Below are positions 40,501 to 52,500 of a stretch of DNA of 64,000 bases, one piece after another. The DNA comes from Antedon mediterranea (lineage: Eukaryota; Animalia; Echinodermata): assembly GCF_964355755.1 (NCBI RefSeq), contig NC_092678.1:16969881-17033880 (forward strand). The letters are read 5' to 3'. The translations under genes were made by a program, and so were the position numbers. The notes under the pieces were generated by a model. It ran no database searches. It worked only from the letters and a program-made list of their open reading frames with translations, and had not been told where the DNA came from. Position 1 is the first letter of the stretch; the number at the start of each line of letters is the position of its first letter.

Positions 40501-43500
40501 CCTTAACACCGTTTAATAGTTCAACCGATACAACATTCTGACTTGTCCAAATTTCTTTTTAAAAAAATCTGACAAATATAAACATGAAGAAATAAAAAGC
40601 AATGTCATTAATATACATCAGGCTTAAGAATAATGACATCAATTTTCGATAATCATAAGGACGAGTTCTCGAATGATTCTCTCATTTGTGCCGATGGAAT
40701 TGATATTTCCTAAGTTTACCTAACTACGGAGGAATAGATGCCTCAAATAATAACGTTTTCATGAGAGGAAGATATATAGCATTTGTTCCCCGTCAACACT
40801 ATTTCAAATCCCATGAATCGAAACAATATGTCGAGTGTGCCTATTCCTTCTTGTTCTTATTCCTCTTGAGAGGAAGATATATAACATTTGTTCCGCGTGC
40901 AAAATAAGCTTATAACACTATTGTAGATTATACGTGAATCGAAACAATTATGTCGAGTGTGCCGATTCCTTCTTGTTTTACTGTGGACAACCGCATAGAG
41001 AAACTTTAACATTAACGCCATGCGTCTGGATTGTCTGTGATTTTAAACGATTGTCAATGCTATCTCGACATATGACAATTATTTCTATTTGGTAATACAG
41101 AATCTCAAATGTATCACATGTGGTTCTTGTATCATTAGGTTAAGAATAAACATTTAAAATAATTATATAATTTCTCATTTAATAAAACATACCAGTTATA
41201 CAACAAACTACGTACAGGAGCTCGAGCTTGTGTTAAATTAGTACATATTTTTTATCATTTATATTAAGAATACATTAATCATAATGTTTAATGATGCTGT
41301 ATTATCGAATTTTAATGTTACTGGAGAAATCGAGATAGAATACCGATAATCAGGTGTGTTAGACCAGAATACGTTACTCCTGCTTAAAATGGAGGTCTTT
41401 GCTTTCACCACGTTCTGAAATGTGCCTGTAAGATTATGTTAGGCAAAAACAATACCGTGTATACCTAATAGCGGCCTGGTGAGACCTATGTATTGCCTTC
41501 GCTAAATCCTTTCTTAAACTTGTTCCCACTTATACCTTCTAGAGGAATGTTATCCATAGATATAACCCTAATATACTGCTGATTGGATTCGTCATTTTAT
41601 AATTGTAACACAATGTGTCATAAGAACTGTTCGTTATACCATGGTAGTATGTGGTGCAATTAATTAAAGAATTATGTGATTTGTAAATATTTTACACAAA
41701 GTGCAACACAGTGTGACGTATTGTCTGCTACAATATCTAATGATTACACATTTTTAATAATTATGTAGTTTCTCATTTAATAAAACATACCAGTTATAAT
41801 AACAAATTACCGTATTAAACGTACAAATCAAAGTATAAAAACAATAAGTATATACAGTACCAACGGAAATTACGATAAAAAAGTATCTATTTTATTAATT
41901 TCGAAATACAAAGAAAAAATAACAACAACATATCTATATTGTGAGGCCAAAAAGGCTTATGTCCAATTAGGCGTGTCAGTCTGACAATGAAACAATTACA
42001 AGGTATAATTGATATAATACTAATTGTATGTTACTTTATCTCGTATTATCATTATTTGCATGTTTTAGCTGTTTTTCATTAACTGTCTTTGCATGATTAT
42101 AACAATGTTTTATCTAGATTGACTGTAATCATGTTGTACTTTCCATATCATATGATTTCTGGATGTAGATCAATATCTACAACACAATACAAACGTTAAA
42201 TGACGATGATCCATGTATTCTGCTATATTTTTACTTTTCATTATGGCAGCCGACGGTGCTACAGTGACTGAATTAAATAGTCTTGTTCGTAAACAATGCC
42301 AAAATAAAAAAACTCGAAGAGAGCAAAAAGAAAGATATTACGCTTGAACGTATCACACATTAAACATACATATTCCGTAGAAGTATTAATTCATAAAATA
42401 AAATAATTGTTTTTGGAGGCATAGAGTTAAACTTACGTTTTCATGAGAGGAGGATAAGATAATATTGGTTCCTCGTGCAAAATAAGCTTATTACAACACT
42501 ATTGCAGATTATAACGTGAATCGGCGGTGATTGTACAGAGGCGTGTCTATTTTTGTTTTCGTATCTATAATTTTGGCTTTCAAAAATGGCAGCCCAAAGC
42601 AATCGCTACCCCTGGATCCGACCCGTCAGACTATTTTGATATACAATGATAGAGGTTCAGACGTTCTGTGGTACATTTAAATTGTATTATTTGTATTCCG
42701 TCTTTAAACTTCATCTTAATTTCAAATAGAATAACATCAATAAAGTAATATTGTTTACTTAGAAGTGTGCCAGTTATTCAGCACTGAAGAAAACAAAATC
42801 AGAAAAAAAATTTAACACATGCGACCACATTTTTTTAAACATTATTAAGGCTAAGTGTGTTAATTATTGAGATGTAAAGCACATAGGCTGATTTTAGCAT
42901 GAGGAAGTGCAGACTAGGCGAGAGGTGTTCGGTTTGTTTACAAATCTATACCCACTATTTCTGATTGGTCGCGAGCTTTCAATTGCCATAGTTGCTTTCT
43001 GGACGCACCAAAAGCGTTCGATCGAGTCAAATCTTATTTAAAGTTTTAGTTGAAAGAGGTGTGCCTATCTTTGTAGTTAGGATCTTACGACACTGGTATG
43101 ATAATCAAGAATTTGTTGTTAGATGGGGACATTGTGTCCCTTTACCTTTTTTCTGTTATTAACGGTGTGCGCCAAGGGGGTGTAATGTCTCCACTGCTTT
43201 ACAATGTAGCCTATTATATTGACGATCTTTATGTACAACTTAGAGAGTCCAATCATGGGTGTACTATTGGTGATAACAAAGTTAATTGTCTCAGTTACGC
43301 TGATGACATGCTTCTCATGGCTCCTTTTTCTATTGGAGTACTGAATCTCATTAATGTTTTTGAACTTTATGCTACGAATCGAGATATTGTGTACGGTACT
43401 ATACAATCCAAGTGTATGTTTTTATGTGCTCGTGTACGTAAGTTACAAGGTTGACCTAGTGTTAAGCTAAACCACACTGACCTTGAATTTGTTGACTGTA

Positions 43501-46500
43501 TAACATACTTGGGTCATATGATTTGTAACTCTCTGAATGTTGATAATGATATTAAGAAACAGTATCGAGCTCTGTGTATCAAAGCTAATGCATTATACAG
43601 GACATTCTACAAATGTTCCGTTGAAGTTAAATGTCAGTTATTTAAAATGTTTTGCGTTAATGTAGGCCAATACTATATGACTCTATGGAGAAAATTCCGT
43701 GAAGGTACTGTAAACTAATTTAGAGTTTTCTTTAATAACGGGTTGCGTAAGCTACTGAAAATTCTTAGTTATAGCATTATGTTTTTTAACGAATAACGTT
43801 CCCTCATTCTATAATTTGATGGAACGCTATACATTATAGTTTTAAGAGCATAATTCATGACAGTTGCAATAGCCTGATTCAAACCAACGTCATTCCACAA
43901 TCCAACCTACATCAGCGTTGGTACAAATTGGTATTTTTTAGGATATTGTAAGTTGATTTGTGGAAGTTGCTTATTTAATTTCCTGGTTAAATTGTTTCTA
44001 TTTTTGTTTTTTGTATGATTTGTATATGGATGTACTATCCGAAATAAAGAAAATGAATGAATGAATGAATAGTGTACCGTCATTTTAAAAGTGATATTAT
44101 TGGCCTAATACAACGTCATGGTATTTAGAAACAGTTAAACCTACCCTTAAATGCATAATTTCACAATTAACCAGATTTACTTACAATTGTAAAGCTTGTT
44201 GTTACAAGTAAGGAAAAATGAGAATAAACACTTACAGTGTAACCAATGACGTCAAACCAACAAATTCATTTCCAGACAATGTAGTAATGCCGTTAGAGCT
44301 TAAATCCCTTCAAAATAAAAACATGAATACTTGGTAAATAACAGTTCACGAGTTGAGGTTTCCTTCTTCGGGGAAAAATTGTTACAGTTTGGTGTGTATG
44401 TCAGCGGACAAAATTGTGACCGTAAAATAATGTATCTGCATTGTACTGTTAGTGTGTATTAATGTGTCAGTGAAAATTAAAGAGGGTCGATAATGGTGCA
44501 AACATTAAAATATTAAAACTAAAATAGAAAGTTTATCAATTGAGTACGTAGAACTAAAGATCCGAAGCCTAGTTGGTTGGAACTTGTTCCGCCAGAGATG
44601 GTTCCTGATCAAGTTCAAACTATCAAACACGTCACAGGAATTGTGGACAAATGTGGAAAACGCGTCAAACTTCGAAGGAAAAAATTCAAACCTCCAATGC
44701 CATCTGTTATTTTTGGTAATGCGCAATCACTCAAAACAAGTGAAATGGCTGCAAATGTATTCGAATACAGGAACAGTTGCCTTATGGCGATCACTGAAAC
44801 TTGGCTAATTGAATCTTTTCGGATAATGAATCAAAAAATTGTTCTTGTTATCTGGAATTATTAACAGTTGCTCTTCGTTCCTTTTACTTGCTAAGGGAAT
44901 TCTAGCAGGTTCTAGTCATCATTATCTATATGCAGACTTCAAAGTAGCTTGCGCTAAAGTCGCTGAGGTAGATATAGGCACATAAGCTGCAAATCTCCAG
45001 ATTCAATAAAGCTGTTAGCTTACTATGTGATCTCCACAAAGGATCCCATAAAGAGCTTTCAAAGGTAATTCCACACCTTCATCAATATGTAAACGTTGCT
45101 ACTAGAGAAGGCACTATATACTTGATATGTGCTATGGAAATGTTAAAAATGCTTATACAGCAAAGAGATGTCCAAGCATTGGGCGGTGAGATCACGAAAT
45201 GATACAACATGATCCCAAGCTATAATTCACGAACGTAGGAATCCTCAAAATGAATATGATACGCACATAGCTTAGTGCCTTTAATTATGATATTCATTAG
45301 GCCTACATTGGCCTGGGTTTACCCACTGTGAACTGTAGTGCTTTTTTTTTTCCTTATCAACCTATTCACGGGTATTAAAACGTATAAATCTAAAATTCCA
45401 ACACAGTATGACTCTATGATGGAGTAAATTCAGTGAAGGTAGGCCTACTGTGAACTCATTCAGAGTTTGCTTTAATAACGGGTTGCGTAAGCTACTGAAA
45501 TTTTCTAGTTATAATAGTGCAAGCATGATAATTATTTGTAACGAATAACGTTCCCTCATTCTATGAATATTGGAGGAACTCTATACATAGTTTTAAGAAC
45601 AGAATTCATGACAGTTGCAATAGCCTGATTCAAACCATATTTAACGTCCTAACACAATCCAACCTACTGTACAGTACATCAGCGTTGGTACAAATTGGTA
45701 TTTTTTAGGATATTGTAAGTTGATTTGTGGAAGTTGCTTATTTAATTTCCTAGTTAAATTGTTTCTATTTTTGTATGATTTGTATATGGATGTACTATCC
45801 GAAAATAAATGGGTGAATAGTGTACCGTAATTTTACAAGTTATATTATTGGCTAATACAACGTAATGGTATTTAGAAACAGTTAAACCTACACTTAAATG
45901 CATAATTTCACAATTAACCAGATTTACTTGCAATTGTATAAAGCTTTTAAATTGTTACAAGTAAGGAAAAAATGAGAATAAACACTTACAGTGTAACCAA
46001 TGACGTCAAACCAACAAATGTATTTTCATACAATGTAGTAATGCCGTTTCTGCTTAAATAACAGTTCACGAGTTAAGGTTTTCTTCTTCGGGGAAAATTG
46101 TTACAGTTTGGTATATATGTCAGCGGACAAAATTGTGACCGTAAAATAATTTATCTGCATTGTACTGTTAGTGTGTATTACGTGTCAGTGAAAATTAAAG
46201 AGGGTCGATAATGGTGCAAACATTAAAATATTAAAATTAAAATACAAAGTTTATCAATTGAGTACATAGAACTAAAGATCCGAAGCCTAGTTGGTTGTAA
46301 CTTGTTCCGCCAGAGATGGTTCCTGATCAAGTTAAAACTATCAAACACGTCACAGGAAGCGTGGACAAATGTGGAAAACGCGTCAAACTTCGAAGGAAAA
46401 AATTCAAACCTCCAATGCCATCTGTTATTTTTGGTAATGCGCACTCACTCAAAACAAGTGAAATGGCTGCAAATGTATTCGAATACAGGGACAGTTGCCT

Positions 46501-49500
46501 TATGGCGATCACTGAAACTTGGCTAATTGAATCTTTTCGGATCATGGATCAACAAATTGTTCTTGTCATCAGGAATTATTAACAGTTGCTCTTCGTACGT
46601 CACTTTTACTTCCTAAGGGAATTCTAGCAGGTTCTAGTCATCATTATCTATATGCAGACTTCAAAGTAGCTTGCGCTAAAGTCGCTGAGGTAGATATAGG
46701 CACATAAGCTGCAAATCTCCAGATTCAATAAAGCTGTTACTATGTGATCTCCACAAAGGATCGCATAAAGAGCTTTCAAAGGTAATTCCACACCTTCATC
46801 AATATGTAAACGTTGCTACTAGAGAAGGCACTATATACTTGATATGTGCTATGGAAATGTTAAAAATGCTTATACAGCAAAGAGATGTCCAAGCATTGGG
46901 CGGTCAGATCACGAAATGATACAACATGATCCCAAGCTATAATTCACGAACGTAGGAATCCTCAAAATGAATATGATACGCACATAGCTTAGTGCCTTTA
47001 ATTATGATATTCATTAGGTCTACATTAGGCCTGGGTTAGCCCACTGTGCAACTGTAGTGCTGTTTTTTTTTTTGTTCTTTAGTTCGATTCTTACAGGATA
47101 GTATTGTTTTATTTATCTAATCTATAGAAGGTTCAAAATTTTGTTTAGGGATTAATGTTAGATGGTGTGAGACTAAACGAGTTGTAACAGTAATGAAATT
47201 GAAGATGAGTACCACTTTCTGTTAATGTGTTAATACAACTTAAATTTATCGTTTGATTTATTTTGCAAAATACACTAAATTAGGAAACAACAGATTTTCT
47301 GTTGCATCCGCTTTAATAATAATTTGTTCACGGTCAGACCACCACCATAACGCTTTGACAAAATAAACATTTTAACCTTTCTACGTATTGATGATATAGT
47401 TTATAATTATTAAAATAGGCCTATATGGTAAGATATAACCACGTTACCCTAGCGTCATGGTATTTAGACTAAACCTACACTTAAACGTATAATAATCACA
47501 ATTAACATGATTTACTTACAATTGTAAAGCTTTTAAATTTTTACCAGTAAGGAAAAAATGAAAATAAACACTTACAGTGTAACCAATGACGTCAAACCAA
47601 CAAATTCATTTCTAGACAATGTAGTAATGCCGTTACTGCCTAAATCCCTTCAAAATAAAAACATGAATACTTGGTAAAATAACAGTTCACGAGTTGAGGT
47701 TTCCTTCTTCGGGGAAAAATTGTTACAGTTTGGTGTGTATGTCAGCGGACAAAATTGTGACCGTAAAATAATTTATTTGCATTGTACTGTTAGTGTGTAT
47801 TACGTGTCAGTGAAAATTAAAGAGTGTCGATAATGGTGCAAACATTAAAATATTAAAATTAAAATACAAAGTTTATCAATTGAGTACGTAGAACTAAAGA
47901 TCCGAAGCCCAGTTGGTTGGAACTTGTTCCGCCAGAGATGGTTCCTGATCAAGTTCAAACTATCAAACACGTCGCAGGAAGCGTGGACAAATGTAGAAAA
48001 CGCGTCAAAAAACTTCAAAGGAACAATTTAAAACCTCCAATGCCATCTGTTATTTTTGGTAACGCGCACTCACTCAAAACAAGTGAAATGGCTGCAAATG
48101 TATTCGAATACAGGGACAGTTGCCTTATGGCGATCACTGAAACTTGGCTAATTGAATCTTTTCGGATCATGGATCAACAAATTGTTCTTGTTATCTGGAA
48201 TTATTAACAGTTGCTCTTCGTCCCTTTTACTTGCTAAGGGAATTCTAGCAGGTTCTAGTCATCATTATCTATATGCAGACTTCAAAGTAGCTTGCGCTAA
48301 AGTCGCTGAGGTAGATATAGGCACATAAGCTGCAAATCTCCAGATTCAATAAAGCTGTTACCAGGGAGATGGAGTAACATCATAGTATGTTCTTTTGATC
48401 AGTCTACTTTTCCGACAGGAAGTAAAATAGATAAGACTTAATCCCCGATAAACAGTTCCTCATCAAGTAAACAATTTTCCCTGACGTAATCAATGACACG
48501 CGCATGCGCAGAAAAGTCAAAGTTGCTTCGCTTCGCTTGAATAACTCTGGCCTACGTCACACATCGTCAAGGTGTTTCAGAAAGCCAGATGATACAATCG
48601 CGACACACAATGACAACTGACGACTTCTATACCGATGTACGTAGACTTTTCCGATTTAGATTTCGATGATAGCGATTTAGAAGATGTTGATCTAAAATGA
48701 AAATGTGCCAATGTATTGCCCATGTGGGGAAAGTTCTGACGATCAAATGATCGCTTGTGAAGGCTGTTACTATGTAATCTCCACAAAGGATCCCATAAAG
48801 AGCTTTCAAAGGTAATTCCACACCTTCATAAATATGTAAACGTTGCTACTAGAGAAGGCACTATATACTTGATATGTGCTATGGAAATGTTAAAAATGCT
48901 TATACAGCAAAGAGATGTCCAAGCATTGGGCGGTCAGATCACGAAATGATACAACATGATCCCAAGCTATAATTCACGAACGTAGGAATCCTCAAAATGA
49001 ATATGATACGCACATAGCTTAGTGCCTTTAATTATGATATTCATTAGGCCTACATTAGGCCTGGGTTAACACACTGTGCAATTGTAGTGCTGTTTTTTTT
49101 GTTCTTCAGTTCGATTCTTACAGGAAAGTATTGTTTTATTTATTTAATCTATAGAAGGTTCAAAATTTTGTTTAGGGATTAATGTTAGATGGTGTGAGAT
49201 AAAACGAGTTGTAACAGTAATGAAATTGAAGATGAGTACCACTTTCTGTTAATGTGTTAATACAACTTAAATTTATCGTTTTATTTATTTTGCAAAATAC
49301 ACTAAATTAGGAAACAACAGATTTTCTGTTGCATCCGCTTTAATAATAATTTGTTCACGGTCATACCACCACCATAACGCTTTGACAAAATAAACATTTT
49401 AACCTTTCCACGTATTGATGATATAGTTTATAATTATTGAAATAGGCCTATATGGTAAGATATAACCACGTTACCCTAGCATCATGGTATTTAGACTAAA

Positions 49501-52500
49501 CCTACACTTAAACGTATAATAATCACAATTAACATGATTTACTTACAATTGTAGGCCAAAAGCTTTTAAATTTTTACCAGTAAGAAAAAAATGAGAATAA
49601 ACACTTACAGTGTAACCAATGACGTCAAACCACCAAATGTATTTTCATGCAATGTAGTAATGTCGTTACTGTTTAACTTCCTTCAAAATAAAAACATGAA
49701 CACTTGGTAAATAACAGTTCACGAGTTGAGGTTTTCTTCTTAGGGGAAAATAGTTACAGTTTGGTGTGTATGTCAGTGGATGAAATAGTGACCGTAAAAT
49801 AATGTATCTGTATTGTACTGTTAGTGTATATTACATGTCAGTGAAGATTAAAGAGGGTCGATAACGGTACAAACGTTAATATGTTATTAAAATTAAAATA
49901 CAAAGTTTATCGATAGAGTACGTAGAACTAAAGATCCGAAGCCTAGTTGGTCGGAACCTGTTCCGGCAGAAATGGTTCCTGATCAAGTTAAAACTAATGA
50001 ACACGTCACAGGAAGAAGCGTTGAAAAATGTGAAAGACGCGTCAAACTTCGAAGGAAAAAATTCAACTCTCCAATGCCATCTGTTATTTTTGGTAATGCT
50101 CACTCACTTAAAAACAAGTTTAGTGAATTGACTGCAAATGGCAGTATTCGAATACAGGGACAGTTGCCTTATGGCACTCGCTGAAACTTGGCTAAATGAA
50201 TCTGTTTCGGATCATGGATCAAACATTTTTCTTGTAATCTGGAATTATTAACAATTGCTCTTCGTTCCTTTTACTCGCCAAGGGAATTCTAGCAGGTTCT
50301 ATAGTCATCATTATCTATAGGCCTATACACCCGAAAGAATACTTCAAAGTAACTTGTGCTAAAGTCGCTGAGATAGACACATAAGCTACAAATCTCCAGA
50401 TTCAATAAAGCTTGGTGATTTCCACAAACGATCCCATAAAGAGCTTACAAAGGTAATTCCACACCTTTATCAATATGTAAACGTTGCTACGAGAGAAGGC
50501 ACTATATACTTGATAATTATGTGCTATGGATATGGTAAAAATGCTTATACAGCCAAGAGATGTCCAGGCATTTGGCGGTCAGATCACGAATTGATACAAC
50601 ATGATCCAAAGCTATAATTCACGAACATAGGAAGCTTCAAAATGAATATGATACGCACATTATCTTAGTTTCTTTAATTATGATATTCATTAGACCTACA
50701 TTGGCATGGGTTTACCCACTGTGAACTGTAGTGCTGCTTTTTTTTATTCTTCAGTTCGATTCTTCCTGTATAGTATTGTTTTATTTATTTATTCTATAGA
50801 AGGTTCATAACCATACGAACGTTAGATTATTGTAAAAACAAAATGTTCGATAAACTAAATCATTGGATTTTTGTCTAGATTTGGTAGTTTTTTTAGTTTT
50901 ACGAATTAATTTTTCCTTTTGTTAAGTGGGATTGATCGGCTGAATGGGTAATAATTTGTATGATTTAGCTTTGTAATTTATTTGTTATAGGTATAGTCTC
51001 TGGTCTATGTAGCAAGGGCAAATATTCTACAATTCAGACTCCAATAAATGAAATTAAGCAAATTTTGTATAGGAATTAATGTTAGATGGTGTGAGATAAA
51101 ACGAGAAAATAGACTATGTCAAGTTTGTAACAGGAATGAAATTGAAGATGAGTACCACTTTCTGTTTTAATATGTTAATACAACTTAAATTTATCGTTTT
51201 CTTTTGCAAAATACACTAAATTAGGAAAAACATATTTTATGTTGCATCCGCTTTAATAATAAAAATAAATAAAATATATTTTTATTGTCCACCACCACCA
51301 TAACGCTTTGACAAGCAAACACTTAATCCTTTCCACGTATTAATGCTATAGTGTACTAATATTACAATAATTATATTGTAAGACATCAGCACGTCACCCT
51401 GAACGTCATGGTACTTAGAAACAGTTAAACCTACCCTAAATGTATAATCACAATTAGCATGATTTACTGACAATTGTACACAGCAACCTCAAATCAAATC
51501 AAATCAAGTCTATATTCGTTTCATATATAAAAACGTAGCAAGTAAGTACTTGTCAACTGGTTTAACCAAAAAATTAACATTTATTTATTAAATAAAAAAT
51601 TTACATTGTTTTCCTCGAAAGAAAAATATGGTAAAACATTCACAATTACATCATACATAGAAAAAATTTACAATTTAAAAACATTAATAACATCCATATA
51701 TATATATATTGCATGTGCGCTATTATCATCTAACAATCTTTGAGTTAAAATATGCGTTGAATTTGGTACAAAAGACAGTCGGTGTCTTGACGCATCAGCT
51801 CTAAGAGCCTTTACATTTTTATAAGTAATTTTTCTGTATTGTATTACGTGTATTACTAGATGGTCGATAACAATAAGAACGTTAAATTATTATTTAAAAA
51901 ACTATGTAAAGTTTATTGACAGATTGTAGATCATCGTTTTTAACTAGAATTGGTAGTTTTTTTAATTTTTACGAATTCATTTTTCCTTTGGTTAAGATGT
52001 TAATAATTTATATGATTTAGCTTTGTAATTTATTTGTTATAGGTAAAGTCTCTGCACCTTGTTCAAATGTAATCTGATGTTTGCCTAACAATAATTTTAG
52101 AATTACAGAAAATCAATGATGTAATGATTTATTTGCTGTCTAGCACGTGAAATTATTCTTCCTTCTCTGTGCCTAAGGCAGAATGTGAAGGAAAACATTA
52201 GTATACATTTCCCAAAAAGTGACATAAAAGTATAAAGAATACTCGATAAAAATACTTTAAAAATAATCTCATATAGCGCCGCTACATACTCGCACATTAT
52301 TTGTTTAATAATTTAAGCAGATTCTGAAAGATATGAAGCGTTTTTTTCTATGTCAAAATACTACGTATGTAAGGATCAACGACTGTAACAATAACATCGA
52401 TGGATTTAAGAACAACCCTAAATACCTGTAATATAATAAATTACAAACAGTAATACAAATTAAAACTTAAAATCATCAGCTAACATACCCTTTTATCCGC

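Larger units (their letters stand above)
28875..42910. repeat. Mosaic tandem segmental duplications carrying type-B and type-C LRR exons
   Basis: About 28875-32290 = 34753-38430; 32480-33430 = 39780-40735; 33455-34750 = 41270-42520; partial copies at 38590-39470 and 42520-42910. Confidence 0.92.

Noticed and set aside
44505-50184. Repeated ORFs MELVPPEMVP.. and MRITKNNRW.. as host genes
   Set aside because: Frameshifted Rex-Babar endonuclease remnants and their antisense frames
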